A DNA stretch of 64,000 bases from Candidatus Wolfebacteria bacterium GW2011_GWB1_47_1 (GCA_001029635.1 CP011209.1:484970-548969); one strand, 5' to 3'; positions 39,483 to 51,049 are shown, counted from the stretch's first letter. The notes: generated from the letters alone by a model not told the origin. A program made the numbers and translations.

Positions 39483-39562
39483 GATTGTCCGTAGGGGGGG
39501 TGCTATACACCCCCCTTTTTGTATCTTGGGATAAAGTGCGATATGCTGGAGCATAGCGTTTT

Positions 39563-40714
39563 ATGTCTACGGAGAAGAAAGAACGGGTGAATATTCTATC
39601 GATCGAAACGAGCTGTGACGAAACGGCGCTTTCTTTTGTTACGGCAAGCGGGGGATTGGAAAAGCCGACATTTACGGTTCATGGCGACGTGGTCGCTTCG
39701 CAGATCAAATTGCATCAGCCATATGGAGGGGTTGTTCCGGCACTCGCAAAGCGAGCGCATTTGGAGAACTTGCCGCTATTGTTTGCTCAAGTTGTTCGAG
39801 GGGGTGTCACCCCGGCGGAGGCCGGGGTCCAGGAGGGTTTAGATTCCGGCCTCCGCCGGAATGACAACAGTGAGATATCGGCGCAAGAAGTTGAGCAGTT
39901 TATGGAGCAATTGGACTTTATCACGGTGACTGTTGGTCCCGGATTAGAGCCTGCATTGTGGGCGGGTATCGAGTTTGCAAAGCAGCTTGCGGAGAAGCAT
40001 AGTAAGCCGCTTATCGGAACAAACCATTTGGAAGGTCATTTGTATAGTATCCTTGTCTCTACGAAGCAATACGATGTTGCATCGATCTTTCCCGCAATCG
40101 CATTGATTGTAAGTGGAGGGCACACGTTGTTGCTCAAGATGGATGATTTGACGACATTTAAGAAGATTGGCGAGACCGTAGATGATGCCGTTGGCGAAGC
40201 GTTCGATAAGGTCGCGCGCATGATCGACTTGCCGTATCCGGGCGGACCGGAAATAGAACGATTAGCAAAGGAGGGTAACGCGATGGCGATCGATTTCCCG
40301 CGTCCGATGATCGGGCATAAAAATTATAACTTCAGTTTTTCAGGGTTAAAGACATCGGTATTGTATCATTTGCGTGACCTTGCAAAGGCGGGTAAGGAAA
40401 TCCCGAAGGCGGATGTCGCTGCAAGCTTTCAAAAAGCGGCTTCTGATGTGTTAATCAAAAAGACGTTGCGCGCTGCCGAAGAATTTGACGCCAAATCGAT
40501 CATGATCTCGGGCGGCGTGTCCGCGAACCGCACCTTGCGTGCATCGTTTGCCGATGCGATCGAAAAGAAATTCAAAGCGAAAAAGGATAAGCCGATCCTT
40601 ATTGTCAGTGAATTTTCTACCGACAATGCACTGATGATCGCGGCTTCGGGATACATCGATTATCTGAGAGGGAAGAAGTATAAGTTGGAGGCCAACGGTA
40701 ATCTTAATCTGTGA
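39563..40714 (+). CDS. tsaD: tRNA N6-adenosine threonylcarbamoyltransferase TsaD, with an in-frame palindromic insertion
   Basis: ILSIETSCDET, YGGVVP..A.RAH, GPGL, NHLEGH, VSGGHT, DDAVGEAFDKVAR, FSFSGLKT, GGVSAN, TDNALMIA. Confidence 0.97.
   Translation: MSTEKKERVNILSIETSCDETALSFVTASGGLEKPTFTVHGDVVASQIKLHQPYGGVVPALAKRAHLENLPLLFAQVVRGGVTPAEAGVQEGLDSGLRRNDNSEISAQEVEQFMEQLDFITVTVGPGLEPALWAGIEFAKQLAEKHSKPLIGTNHLEGHLYSILVSTKQYDVASIFPAIALIVSGGHTLLLKMDDLTTFKKIGETVDDAVGEAFDKVARMIDLPYPGGPEIERLAKEGNAMAIDFPRPMIGHKNYNFSFSGLKTSVLYHLRDLAKAGKEIPKADVAASFQKAASDVLIKKTLRAAEEFDAKSIMISGGVSANRTLRASFADAIEKKFKAKKDKPILIVSEFSTDNALMIAASGYIDYLRGKKYKLEANGNLNL
39805..39866. repeat. REP-like double palindrome inserted in frame in tsaD
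   Basis: TGTCACCCCGGCGGAGGCCGGGGTCCA...AGATTCCGGCCTCCGCCGGAATGACA; same family as 5529 and 49945. Confidence 0.88.
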
Positions 40715-40761
40715 GCATGTACGTCTTGCGATGACGTACATGGCTATGAAATGAAACATAC

Positions 40762-41835
40762 ATGTTTTCTTATCTACGACATTTTGATTGGAAGTTGAAC
40801 GGCGCGGTTGCGCTTCTTTCGCTTGCGAGTCTTGTTGGTTTGGCGAGTATTAGTATGGATTTGTTCTGGAAACAGCTGCTATTTATCGTAATCGGCCTTG
40901 TGCTTATGCTGTTCGTTACCTATTTCGACTGGCGGTCATTTGCAAATTATCGAGGTGTTATTTTGGGCGTGTATGGAGTGGCTATTTTTTTGCTGATATT
41001 AACGCTTATTATCGCTCCTGAAATTCGCGGGAATAAGGCGTGGATCCCTATCGGACCATTTCAATTCCAGGCATCGGTGTTTGCGAATCTTGCGCTCATC
41101 ATCGTCCTGGCGAGTTTTTTCCGTAAAGGGCATCGGAGTATTGCTCATCTTTCTACCTTGGCGAAATCATTTATATATTTCGCCATTCCTGCCGGGTTGG
41201 TCTATCTGCAACCTGACCTCGGATCTGTATTACTTATGTTCTCGGTATGGTTCGGATTTGTACTGGTTTCGGGTATTCGATGGCGTCATTTGGTCGCCGC
41301 GTTCATGATCTTCGCCGTTATTGGCGCTCTGGGCTGGGCGGTATTTCTTAAGCCGTATCAGAAGGATCGCATCGTGGGCGTATTCTTCCCTGACCGTGAT
41401 GTTTTAGGGGTTAATTATAATGTGATTCAGGCAAAAATCGCCATCGGATCGGCGGGATTGTTTGGAAAAGGGTTTGGGCAAGGTACGCAGGTGCAACTTG
41501 GGTTTTTGCCTGAAGCACATACGGATTTTATCTTTTCTGGCATTACCGAAGAATGGGGATTGATCACCGGGTTTCTCCTAATCGGTGCATTTTTCTGGAT
41601 AATCGTGCGTATTGTTGCTATCGGACTTGTTGAGCGGAATAGCTTCAGTCAGTTTATTTGTCTAGGGATAGCACTGTTTCTGTTGGCAAACTTTGTATTC
41701 AATACCGGCTCAAATATCGGACTCGTTCCGGTTATCGGTGTCCCGTATCCGTTCTTGAGCTATGGCGGATCCCATATCCTCGCAGAATTCATCTTATTGG
41801 GTATGATCCAATCGATCAAATTACGAAACGCATGA
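40762..41835 (+). CDS. rodA: SEDS family peptidoglycan glycosyltransferase RodA
   Basis: LQPDLGS, YQKDRI, YNVIQAKIAIGSAGLFGKG, FLPEAHTDFIF, EEWG, PFLSYGGS. Confidence 0.92.
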   Translation: MFSYLRHFDWKLNGAVALLSLASLVGLASISMDLFWKQLLFIVIGLVLMLFVTYFDWRSFANYRGVILGVYGVAIFLLILTLIIAPEIRGNKAWIPIGPFQFQASVFANLALIIVLASFFRKGHRSIAHLSTLAKSFIYFAIPAGLVYLQPDLGSVLLMFSVWFGFVLVSGIRWRHLVAAFMIFAVIGALGWAVFLKPYQKDRIVGVFFPDRDVLGVNYNVIQAKIAIGSAGLFGKGFGQGTQVQLGFLPEAHTDFIFSGITEEWGLITGFLLIGAFFWIIVRIVAIGLVERNSFSQFICLGIALFLLANFVFNTGSNIGLVPVIGVPYPFLSYGGSHILAEFILLGMIQSIKLRNA

Positions 41836-42869
41836 ATATATTATTTACATTACTAAAGCGGTTTTTTTCCGTAAGTCTCCTTTTTTTCGGTATCATGGTC
41901 ATATTGCTCGCTTGGGTTCTTTTTGCTCGCGAGCTTAAGCCTATGGCTATGGATGAGATTACGGAATATACCATTGAATACACTGTTCGTCCGGGCATGG
42001 GGCTTCGTGACATTGCGAAAGAATTGGAAGACCAGCACATTATCCGATCTAAGTATGCATTTCAAACGTATTCAGTCCTGAGGCAGAAGGCGAATGGATT
42101 CCAGCCGGGAATCTATACGGTAGGACCTGCCCAATCCGTCTCTGAGATCGTCTCTCTATTAACCAAGGGCCCGCTTGAGGTTGAGATACTCATCACGCCA
42201 GGTATGACTATGATCGAGATTGAAGACATAATGGTCGTTTCGAATGTACTTGAAGAAGGGGATCTAACTAGGTTTCCCGTAGACATGATCCGGGAGCAAT
42301 ATCCTTTTCTTGGTAATGCGCAGATCCTCGAAGGATTCCTTTTCCCGGACACCTATCGATTCTATCCACATTCCGACCCTTTGATCGTCGTGGGCAAGAT
42401 TTTAGACCATTTTGAGTCTCAGGTAGGACCCCTCTTGACAGACTTGCGTAATTCTAAAAATAATGATACTATTCATTGGCTTATCCTCGCATCAATATTA
42501 GAGAAGGAAGTGACAAACAAAAAAGAGGCCCAAACAGTCGCCGGTATCTTTGAGAAACGGTTGGCAATAGGCATGCCGCTGCAGGTCGACGCATCGATTA
42601 TCTATGCGAAATGCAGACGGTTTATTAGTTGCCCCACATTGACCCGAGCTGATTTTAAGATTGAGTCTCCGTATAACACCTACTTACACAAGGGGTTACC
42701 ACCTACGCCAATTACCAACCCCGGACTTGATGCGATAAGCGCGGCACGTTCACCAGTTCGTTCGAATTACCTGTATTACTTGTCTGATCCTCAGACCAAG
42801 AAAACCATATTCTCGAAATCGTTTGACGAACACAATGCGAACCGAACTAAATACTTACTCAACCAATAA
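41832..42869 (+). CDS. mltG: Endolytic transglycosylase MltG
   Basis: LEGFLFPDTY, LASILEKE, GMPLQVDA, SPYNTYLHKGLPPTPITNPG, YLYYL. Confidence 0.95.
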   Translation: MNILFTLLKRFFSVSLLFFGIMVILLAWVLFARELKPMAMDEITEYTIEYTVRPGMGLRDIAKELEDQHIIRSKYAFQTYSVLRQKANGFQPGIYTVGPAQSVSEIVSLLTKGPLEVEILITPGMTMIEIEDIMVVSNVLEEGDLTRFPVDMIREQYPFLGNAQILEGFLFPDTYRFYPHSDPLIVVGKILDHFESQVGPLLTDLRNSKNNDTIHWLILASILEKEVTNKKEAQTVAGIFEKRLAIGMPLQVDASIIYAKCRRFISCPTLTRADFKIESPYNTYLHKGLPPTPITNPGLDAISAARSPVRSNYLYYLSDPQTKKTIFSKSFDEHNANRTKYLLNQ

Positions 42870-42905
42870 CTCGTAAAAGCCGTCGAATAACGGTTATTTG
42901 TTTTT

Positions 42906-45900
42906 ATGGCAAAACAGCTTCCAACAAAAGTTTTTTCAAAACACCCCGGCTCGTTCATCGAGCAGCCGTATCTTGCCACACTCCAGGCCGAATCTTGGGA
43001 CTGGTTTGTGAAGAAAGGTCTGCGCGAACTCTTTGACGAGATTTCTCCGATCAAGGATTACACCGGCAATGAGGTAGAACTGCACTTTCTTGATTATCAC
43101 TTCGATGAACCGCGTTACGACGAGGAAACAACCCGCTTGAAGGGATTGACCTACGAAGCCCCGTTGCGCGTCAATGTGAAACTCATCAATAAGGTCTTGA
43201 ACGACGAAAAGGAACAGGAAGTATACCTGGGAGATTTCCCGATCATGACTAGTCGCCACACGTTTATCATGAACGGAGTTGAGCGCGTTATGGTTTCTCA
43301 ATTGATCCGCTCTAGCGGCGTGTACTTTAGCGCAAGCATGTTGCGGGGAAAGAAATTGTTTGGTGCGAAGATTATCCCGAACCGTGGAAGCTGGTTAGAA
43401 TTCGAAACCGAGATCGACGGCTTTATTGGCGTAAAGATTGATCGACATCGTAAGGCTCCGGTCACCGAACTGCTGCGCGTATTTGCCAACCAGGTAAATA
43501 TTACGTTAACCAACGAGAAGATCCTCGAAATGTTTGCCGACATCGACAAGGGTGCCGTGAAGCATATCGAAGCGACTTTAAAGAAGGATGCGGCAAAAAC
43601 CGCCTCTGAATCATATGTAGAAATTTACAAGCGGTTGCGACCGGGCGATTTGGCGACTCCGGAAAACGCACAGAGCTTGATTGACTCCATGTTTCAGCGC
43701 GACGACCGTTATAGCTTGTCCCGCGTAGGACGCTTTAAGGTGAATCAGCGCTTGGAATTGAAGTCTAAAGAATCGACACTGCTCGACCTCGAGGATGTCG
43801 TGCAGATTGTACGCGAGCTTATTCGCTTGAACAACGACAAGCACGCGGAGCCTGATGATATCGATCACTTGGGCAACCGACGCATCCGCGCCGTCGGTGA
43901 ATTGTTGCAGGGCCGTCTGTATGTTGGTTTTGCGCGCATGCGCCGCGCCATCCAGGACAAGATTTCGACCGCAGAAGCGGATGTTGTCTTAACTCCGGTG
44001 CAGCTTATCAACGGACGACCGCTTGTCGCCGTTATGAAGGAATTTTTGACATCTTCCCAGCTGTCGCAATTTATGGACCAGGTAAACCCGTTGGCTGAGA
44101 TCGAGCACAAGCGTCGTTTGTCTTTGCTTGGACCGGGTGGATTAACCCGTGAGCACGCAGGCTTCGAAGTCCGCGATGTTCACCCGTCCCACTATGGCCG
44201 CATCTGTCCGATTGAAACTCCTGAAGGACAATCCATCGGTTTAGTTAACCACCTCTCCAACTATTCTCGCATCAATGAATTTGGGTTTTTGGAGACGCCG
44301 TATGCAAAGGTAAAAAATGGCAAAGTTACCAACGAGATCGAATGGATGAACGCCTTGGAAGAAACCAAGTACAAGATCGCACACGGCGGAAACCGTCTTG
44401 ATGCGAATAATAGAATTGTAGACGACGTCGTCGGCGCACGTATCAAGGGCGAGCCGCGCACCTGTGATCGCGAGGAAGTAGACTTCATGGACGTTTCAAA
44501 CGACCAAACCGTCGCCGCTGCGACCGCACTTATTCCATTTTTGGAACATAACCCGGCAAACCGCGCGCTCATGGGAGCGAATATGCAACGCCAGGCCGTA
44601 CCGCCGGTACGTCCGCAGGCTCCGCTTGTCGGAACCGGCATCGAAGACAAAATTGCTCGCGATTCCGCGCGCGCCGTTGTCGCACCGGAAGATGGCGAGA
44701 TCATAGAAGTCGATTCGAACCATATCGTATTGAAGACCAAGAGCGAATTGAAGCATTTTGAATTGACCAAGTTCCAGCGTTCCAATAAATATACAAACAT
44801 TTCCCAACACCCAATCATTAACAAAGGTGACAAGGTTAAGAAGGGTGATGTACTCGCCGATGGCCCATCCATGGATCATGGAACATTGGCACTCGGACAG
44901 AATATGCGAGTTGCATTTATGTCCTGGGAAGGGCGCAACTTCGAGGACGCCATTATTTTGTCTGATCGTGTTGTGAAGAATGATATCTTCTCATCCATCC
45001 AGATCAAGGACTTTGTGTGCGATGTTCGCGACACAAAGCTTGGACCGGAAATTACCACCAATGACATTCCGAACGTGTCGGAAGAGAAGTTAAGAAATCT
45101 TGATGAGGAGGGAATCATCCGCATCGGAGCCGAAGTGCGCGCAGGAGATATCCTAGTCGGAAAGGTTTCCCCGAAAGGCGAGACTGAATTGACCGCAGAA
45201 GAAAAGCTGCTCCGTGCTATCTTTGAAGAAAAGGCGCGCGACGTAAAGGATACGTCTTTGTCCGTCCCGCACGGTGAATCCGGACGGGTTATCGGCATCA
45301 AAATCTTCTCCCGTGATCGCGGCGACAAACTTGAGCCGGGTGTTATTAAGCGCATTCAGATCGAACTTGCGGAACTTCGCAAGGTTCGCGCCGGAGATAA
45401 GCTTGCCGGACGTTATGGAAACAAGGGTGTTATCTCGAAGATCTGCCCGGCAGAAGACATGCCGTACTTGGCAGACGGAACCCCGGTTGATGTTATCTTG
45501 AACCCATTGGGCGTGCCGTCCCGCATGAACTTGGGACAGGTATTGGAAGTACATCTTGGTCTTGCGGCAAATAAGCTTGGCTATCGCGCAGTGACGCCGG
45601 TATTCGCGAGTGCAACCGAAGATGATGTACGAGCTGAATTGAAGAAAGCCGGTTATCCGGAAGATGGAAAATTGGAATTGTATGATGGACGAACGGGCGA
45701 GAAATTTGTCAGCCCGGTGACCGTCGGATTTATGTATATGATCAAGCTTGACCACATGGTCGAAGACAAGATCCATATGCGCGCGACCGGTCCGTACTCA
45801 TTAATCACACAACAACCGCTCGGAGGAAAGGCGCAGTTCGGCGGACAACGTTTTGGAGAAATGGAAGTGTGGGCCTTGGAAGGATACGGCGCAGCGTATA

Positions 45901-46124
45901 CCTTGCAAGAAATGCTCACAATCAAATCCGATGACGTATTCGGACGTGCCGCTACCTATGAAAGCATTATTCGAGGTGAGAAGATTAAGAGTCCAAACAT
46001 CCCGTCCGCATTCAACGTGCTTGTGAACGAAATTAAATCGCTCGGTATCTCTGTTGAGAAGGAGGAGGTCGAACCGGAAGAAGGCGAGGAATTACACGCA
46101 ACCGCCTCGCGAATCGAAGAATAA
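42906..46124 (+). CDS. rpoB: DNA-directed RNA polymerase subunit beta
   Basis: [54 protein letters not shown]. Confidence 0.99.
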   Translation: MAKQLPTKVFSKHPGSFIEQPYLATLQAESWDWFVKKGLRELFDEISPIKDYTGNEVELHFLDYHFDEPRYDEETTRLKGLTYEAPLRVNVKLINKVLNDEKEQEVYLGDFPIMTSRHTFIMNGVERVMVSQLIRSSGVYFSASMLRGKKLFGAKIIPNRGSWLEFETEIDGFIGVKIDRHRKAPVTELLRVFANQVNITLTNEKILEMFADIDKGAVKHIEATLKKDAAKTASESYVEIYKRLRPGDLATPENAQSLIDSMFQRDDRYSLSRVGRFKVNQRLELKSKESTLLDLEDVVQIVRELIRLNNDKHAEPDDIDHLGNRRIRAVGELLQGRLYVGFARMRRAIQDKISTAEADVVLTPVQLINGRPLVAVMKEFLTSSQLSQFMDQVNPLAEIEHKRRLSLLGPGGLTREHAGFEVRDVHPSHYGRICPIETPEGQSIGLVNHLSNYSRINEFGFLETPYAKVKNGKVTNEIEWMNALEETKYKIAHGGNRLDANNRIVDDVVGARIKGEPRTCDREEVDFMDVSNDQTVAAATALIPFLEHNPANRALMGANMQRQAVPPVRPQAPLVGTGIEDKIARDSARAVVAPEDGEIIEVDSNHIVLKTKSELKHFELTKFQRSNKYTNISQHPIINKGDKVKKGDVLADGPSMDHGTLALGQNMRVAFMSWEGRNFEDAIILSDRVVKNDIFSSIQIKDFVCDVRDTKLGPEITTNDIPNVSEEKLRNLDEEGIIRIGAEVRAGDILVGKVSPKGETELTAEEKLLRAIFEEKARDVKDTSLSVPHGESGRVIGIKIFSRDRGDKLEPGVIKRIQIELAELRKVRAGDKLAGRYGNKGVISKICPAEDMPYLADGTPVDVILNPLGVPSRMNLGQVLEVHLGLAANKLGYRAVTPVFASATEDDVRAELKKAGYPEDGKLELYDGRTGEKFVSPVTVGFMYMIKLDHMVEDKIHMRATGPYSLITQQPLGGKAQFGGQRFGEMEVWALEGYGAAYTLQEMLTIKSDDVFGRAATYESIIRGEKIKSPNIPSAFNVLVNEIKSLGISVEKEEVEPEEGEELHATASRIEE

Positions 46125-46129
46125 GCGAT

Positions 46130-46249
46130 AACGAATAGGGGTCGGCAAACTGCTGCGTTACGGGGCCCCGTTGGCTTGGTTGAAGTGCTACTTGCACATC
46201 TTCCTCGCCAACTTCCCCCGTACTTTGCATTTCATCCAACCCTATCCGT
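46130..46249 (+). repeat. Structured ~120-bp repeat, copy D (rpoB-rpoC spacer)
   Basis: AACGAATAGGG...TGCGTTACGGGGCCCCGTTGGCTTGGTTGAAGTGCTACTTGCACATCTTCCTCGCCAACTTCCCCGT...TTTCATCCAACCCTATCCGTT. Confidence 0.82.
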
Positions 46250-46287
46250 TCTCGGCATTTTCGAAATCTATTTATAAATTCTACCCT

Positions 46288-49200
46288 ATGAATTTCAACG
46301 CCATTAAATTGAAAGTTGCCTCACCGGAAGAGATCCTAAAGTGGTCCCATGGTGAGATCACCAAACCGGAAACGATCAACTACCGGACCCAGCGTCCGGA
46401 AAAGGATGGTCTGTTTTCCGAGCGTATCTTCGGACCGACGAAAGATTATGAGTGCTATTGCGGAAAGTACCGACGCGTTCGCTATAAAGGACTTACCTGT
46501 GATAAGTGTGGTGTGGAAGTGACTCATTCCAGCGTTCGCCGAGAGCGCATGGGGCATATTTCGCTTGCCGCTCCCGTCGCGCATATTTGGTTCTTGAAGG
46601 TTGTTCCGTCCCGCTTGTCCCTCTTTTTGGACATCCCGGTACAAAAGCTCGAAAAGGTTGTGTACTACGCAGCCTATGTCATCACGCACGTCAACGACGA
46701 CGCTCGCAAGCGCGTCTTGAAGGAGCTCGAAGACGAAGTGAAGATGAAGAAGAAGGAGTTTGAGGATAACAAGGATAAGGCAAAACTTGTTGAAGAAAAG
46801 GCAGAACAGATCAAGAAGCAGTTAAAGTCCTTAAAGGAAGGGCAGATTCTTGCCGAAGCAGAATACTTTGAATTGTCCCGCAAATACGGCGATGTGCTCG
46901 AAGCACTTTCTGGTGCGGGAGCCGTACGCCAGTTGCTCGAAAAGATCGATCTGAAGAAGTTTCTTGTTCAAACCGAAAAGGAATTGGAGGAGACTGGAGA
47001 TGAGGGTCAGAAAAAGAAGTTGCTTATGCGCTTGCGCTTGATCCATGCCTTCACTCGACACCAGATGCGTCCCGAGTGGATGGTCATGACTCAATTGCCG
47101 GTATTGCCGCCTGAAATCCGACCGATGGTTGCGCTCGACGGAGGCCGTTATGCGACTTCCGACTTGAATGATTTATATCGTCGTGTTATCAACCGCAACA
47201 ATCGCTTGAAGAAGCTCATGGAGTTGCATGCACCGGAAATCATTGTGGTCAACGAAAAGCGCATGCTTCAGGAAGCCGTCGACGCATTGATCGACAACGC
47301 TAGCCGTGGAGGCAGTGCTGTGCAATTGTCCGCCCAGAAGCGGCCGTTGCGCTCGCTCGCTGATATTTTGAAGGGTAAGCAGGGACGCTTCCGACAGAAC
47401 TTGCTCGGAAAGCGCGTAGACTATTCCGGACGTTCCGTTATTATCGTCGGACCGGAATTGCCGTTGAACTGCTGTGGCTTGCCGAAGAAGATGGCCTTGG
47501 AACTCTTTAAGCCGTTTGTCATTAGCCGCATTATTAGCGACGGACTTGCACATACCATCAAGAATGCGACTCGATTGATTGAGCAGGCACCTGCAGAAGT
47601 GTGGGCGATCCTCGAAGAGGTCATTAAAGATAAGAAGGTATTATTGAACCGTGCGCCGACATTGCACCGCTTGGGTATCCAGGCCTTTAAGCCGGTATTG
47701 CACGAAGAACTTGCGATCAAGATTCCGCCGATGGTATGTTCTGCTTTTAACGCAGACTTCGATGGAGACCAAATGGCTGTTCACTTGCCGTTGTCCGATG
47801 AAGCTCAGAAGGAAGCGACCGAGCTTATGCTCGCAAGTCGTAATATTTTGAAGCCGGCGGATGGAGCCCCTGTGGCATCACCGTCGCTCGACATCGTGTT
47901 GGGCTGCTACTATCTGACGAGCATCATCGATGATGCGAAGGGAGTGGGACATATATTTTCATCCGCTGATGAAGCGAAGATTGCTTTTGAAGCTGGTTAT
48001 GTTGCCATTAACGCACCGGTCAAGGTATTGATGGGTAAAGGAAATATCGTAGAGACTAGCGTAGGACGACTCATGTTTAATGAGGCATTACCGGAGAACT
48101 TCGGATTTGTAAATGCCGTCATGAATAAGAAGGGATTGCAGAAAGTCGTGTCTACCGTTACCAGTGAATATGGTATCGATAACACATGGACTGTACTCGA
48201 TTCCATTAAGGAACTTGGATTCAAGTATGCGACATTGTCCGCCACTACGTGGGCGATGGCTGATCTGATTATCCCGACTGAAAAGAAGGGTATTCTTGCT
48301 CAAGCCGAGAAGGAGGTTGATGTTATTGAAAACCAGTATGAAGAAGGGTTCCTGACCACTGAAGAGCGCCGTGAGCGTGTTATCGAGATTTGGGAAGACA
48401 CCACAAAAAAGTTGTCCGAGGTTGTCCCGAACGCCTTGAAAGCTGCAGGACCTTCGAACTCCGTGTTCTCGATTGTGGATTCCGGATCTCGCGGATCATG
48501 GGCACAGCCGATGCAGATGGTTGGTATGAAAGGTTTGGTGCAGAACCCGCAAGGGGATATCATTGAGCTCCCGATCAAGTCCTCCTACAAGGAAGGGCTG
48601 AACGTGCTTGAATTCTTCATCAACTCGCACGGTGCGCGTAAAGGTTTGACCGATACCGCACTTAAGACCGCAGAAGCAGGATACCTGACGCGTAAACTAG
48701 TCGACGTGTCCCAGAACCTGATCATTCGTGAGGAGGATTGTAAGACCAGTGAAGGAGTCGATATGTATCGTTCCGACGGGGATGAATATGGATATGCATT
48801 CGGAACCCGCTTGTATAGCCGAACCGTCCTTGAGGATGTAAAAGTTGGCAACAAAGTGATCGTGAAGGCGGGCGATAGCGTTACCCGCGAAGCAGCCGAA
48901 GCGATTAATAATGAACCAAAAATTGAGAAGGTTCGATTGCGTTCTCCGTTACGTTGTAAAACGCTCTACGGCGTTTGCTCGAAGTGCTATGGTTACGACT
49001 TGGGTCGCGGCGAAATGATCAAGAGTGGCGAAGCCATCGGTGTCATCGCCGCACAGTCCATCGGAGAGCCGGGAACCCAGCTCACGCTCCGCACCTTCCA
49101 CAAGGGAGGTATTGCGGGGGTTGATATCACGCACGGTTTGCCGCGCGTCCAGGAAATCTTCGAGTGTCGCGTGCCAAAAGGTAAAGCGATCCTCGCTGAA

Positions 49201-49869
49201 GATGACGGTGTGATTACCGAGATCGAAGACAAGGAAGCCTTGAAGGCGATCCGCCTCACAACCACCAAGGGTAAAAAGGCTAAGACCATTGAATATCTGG
49301 TCCCGCGCAGTATTCGTCTCTTTGTAAGGCAGGGGGATGAGGTTACCAAGGGAACCCAGTTGTGCGAAGGAAGTCTTGATTTAAAGGAATTGTTCGAATA
49401 CCAGGGTATTGAAGCGGTAGAACGCTACGCGGTGAACGAAATCCAGCGCATCTATGTACCGGAAGGTAACACGATTAACGACAAACATATTGAGATTATC
49501 GTGAAACAGATGTTCTCACGCGTCATGATTAAGGAACCGGGAGAGACTGATTTCGTCACCGGAGAGGTGATCGAAAAGTCCCGTTTCCTGGAGATTAATC
49601 GCGAGGTGCGCAAGGCAGGCAAAGCGCCAGCAAAGGCGAAACAGCTTCTCTTGGGTATCGCACGGGTATCGCTTTCCACCGAAAGCTTCCTGTCCAGTGC
49701 GTCCTTCCAGGAAACTAACCGTGTACTCGTCGCCGCTGCTACGGAGGGTAAGGAGGACCGATTGCGAGGACTTAAGGAAAACGTCATCATCGGTAAGTTG
49801 ATTCCTGCGGGAACCGGCTACCATTTGACGGGAACCGAAGAGTTTCTTGAAGAGGAAGTACTTGAATAA
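46288..49869 (+). CDS. rpoC: DNA-directed RNA polymerase subunit beta'
   Basis: KPETINYRT, zinc-binding CYCGKY...[29 protein letters not shown]. Start moved to ATG 46288. Confidence 0.99.
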   Translation: MNFNAIKLKVASPEEILKWSHGEITKPETINYRTQRPEKDGLFSERIFGPTKDYECYCGKYRRVRYKGLTCDKCGVEVTHSSVRRERMGHISLAAPVAHIWFLKVVPSRLSLFLDIPVQKLEKVVYYAAYVITHVNDDARKRVLKELEDEVKMKKKEFEDNKDKAKLVEEKAEQIKKQLKSLKEGQILAEAEYFELSRKYGDVLEALSGAGAVRQLLEKIDLKKFLVQTEKELEETGDEGQKKKLLMRLRLIHAFTRHQMRPEWMVMTQLPVLPPEIRPMVALDGGRYATSDLNDLYRRVINRNNRLKKLMELHAPEIIVVNEKRMLQEAVDALIDNASRGGSAVQLSAQKRPLRSLADILKGKQGRFRQNLLGKRVDYSGRSVIIVGPELPLNCCGLPKKMALELFKPFVISRIISDGLAHTIKNATRLIEQAPAEVWAILEEVIKDKKVLLNRAPTLHRLGIQAFKPVLHEELAIKIPPMVCSAFNADFDGDQMAVHLPLSDEAQKEATELMLASRNILKPADGAPVASPSLDIVLGCYYLTSIIDDAKGVGHIFSSADEAKIAFEAGYVAINAPVKVLMGKGNIVETSVGRLMFNEALPENFGFVNAVMNKKGLQKVVSTVTSEYGIDNTWTVLDSIKELGFKYATLSATTWAMADLIIPTEKKGILAQAEKEVDVIENQYEEGFLTTEERRERVIEIWEDTTKKLSEVVPNALKAAGPSNSVFSIVDSGSRGSWAQPMQMVGMKGLVQNPQGDIIELPIKSSYKEGLNVLEFFINSHGARKGLTDTALKTAEAGYLTRKLVDVSQNLIIREEDCKTSEGVDMYRSDGDEYGYAFGTRLYSRTVLEDVKVGNKVIVKAGDSVTREAAEAINNEPKIEKVRLRSPLRCKTLYGVCSKCYGYDLGRGEMIKSGEAIGVIAAQSIGEPGTQLTLRTFHKGGIAGVDITHGLPRVQEIFECRVPKGKAILAEDDGVITEIEDKEALKAIRLTTTKGKKAKTIEYLVPRSIRLFVRQGDEVTKGTQLCEGSLDLKELFEYQGIEAVERYAVNEIQRIYVPEGNTINDKHIEIIVKQMFSRVMIKEPGETDFVTGEVIEKSRFLEINREVRKAGKAPAKAKQLLLGIARVSLSTESFLSSASFQETNRVLVAAATEGKEDRLRGLKENVIIGKLIPAGTGYHLTGTEEFLEEEVLE

Positions 49870-49944
49870 TTACTAATTTGTAATTACTAATTACTAAAAA
49901 AATACAAAAGCCGTCGGCTTTGGGCCGGCGGCTTTTGTGTATTC

Positions 49945-49971
49945 TGTCATTCCCGCGCAGGTCGGAATCCA
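49945..49971. repeat. Single degenerate REP-like unit
   Basis: TGTCATTCCCGCGCAGGTCGGAATCCA. Confidence 0.75.
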
Positions 49972-49997
49972 CTTCTATTTTTTAAATAATATTTCCT

Positions 49998-50172
49998 GTA
50001 CTTTTTCCAGAAAAAGTACCAAAAAGCTTGCGAGCGAAATAAAAAAGCGGAATGCTCTTGAAAATTCCTTACGAATCCGAGGGGTGCGCCCGTTTGCTAA
50101 CGGGACCCCGCACCTCGGATTCTGTGGGAATTTTTTGCGTTCATTCTGATCGCTTTTTTACAGCTCGCGAAG
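49998..50172. repeat. ~175-bp long interrupted hairpin (MITE/ncRNA-like)
   Basis: GTACTTTTT/AAAAAGTAC, TTGCGAGC/GCTCGCGA, TAAAAAAGCG/CGCTTTTTTA, AAAATTCC/GGAATTTT, GAATCCGAGG/CCTCGGATTC, CCCGTT/AACGGG. Confidence 0.7.
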
Positions 50173-50282
50173 GAATGCGGGGAAACTTATACTCCTTTAT
50201 TCACTATCCTTTTTGCATGCGCAAATAGTAGAAATAAAAAAAGACGGGCGCTGGGGAGCGACCGTCGGGGTGGTACTTCGGA

Positions 50283-50480
50283 CTAAAGAGGGTTGTGTCC
50301 GAAGTGGCGCATGTCGCCCGGATGAGCGACCTTGTCGTAGTGGCAGAAGGAGCACTGCGGCGGGGGTAACGGCCTGCTCGCGAGAACCTCGTTGATTTTC
50401 GCGCTGATCCCTATAAAGGCTATCGTCAGAATAAAGCAGGACATTGCGTTTTTATGATATTGAATCGGCATACACCCCAT
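50283..50480 (-). CDS. Small putative exported peptide with CxxCH
   Basis: AAGGAG SD; strong upstream TTGACA...TATAAT; hydrophobic stretch; CSFCH. Confidence 0.5.
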   Translation of the reverse strand: MGCMPIQYHKNAMSCFILTIAFIGISAKINEVLASRPLPPPQCSFCHYDKVAHPGDMRHFGHNPL

Positions 50481-50634
50481 GGGAAATCTCCTTTTTACAT
50501 GGTGCCCGTAGGTGAATTTAAGTTTCTGTATATATTATATACCACATTATATATATTTGTCAACCCCTCCGCAAAATAACGAAGAGGGGTTTAAAAAATA
50601 GCGGACCGAGGTCCGCTATTGAGGGGCGTTGCCG

Positions 50635-50898
50635 TTACGCCGGTACGCATTTGATGAATGCAGGAGCGGGGTCGTGCGACGGGTGATTGCGTTCGATTGC
50701 GGTTGCTGTCTCGAAGGCACCGCTGAAACCGTCGCAGACGATGAGCATATCTCCTATCTCGATCTTACCGGGGTTGTTGGGCATCTCGTCAACAAGAGCT
50801 CTTCTTGTTGATATAAGCGCCCATCTGCGCCCACCTTTGAGATTGCGAACGAAATCCTTGTAGTCTTTTCTACTCAGAATCACCATTTTCCCAGACAT
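50635..50898 (-). CDS. Small hypothetical protein (orphan)
   Basis: AAGGAGG SD, upstream TTGACA, terminator AATAGCGGAC-CGAG-GTCCGCTATT. Confidence 0.6.
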   Translation of the reverse strand: MSGKMVILSRKDYKDFVRNLKGGRRWALISTRRALVDEMPNNPGKIEIGDMLIVCDGFSGAFETATAIERNHPSHDPAPAFIKCVPA

Positions 50899-51013
50899 TG
50901 TGCCTCCTTATCTGTATACCTACCCGATGAAGTTTCTAAGGGCATCTTATGTCATATTTGTATAATTTGTCAATATTTTGAGCAAAGATAGAGGGGGCAG
51001 ATAGTCATTTCGT

Positions 51014-51042
51014 TTGACATTGTGGGGCTTATCTAGTACATT
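51014..51042 (+). promoter_or_regulatory. Sigma70 promoter of rpsF (leaderless or near-leaderless)
   Basis: TTGACA-17 nt-TACATT, then 7 nt to ATG 51050. Confidence 0.7.
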
Positions 51043-51049
51043 AAAACCT

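Noticed and set aside
46171-46287. N-terminal extension of RpoC from TTG 46171
   Set aside because: It translates the structured repeat; RpoC-like sequence begins at ATG 46288.
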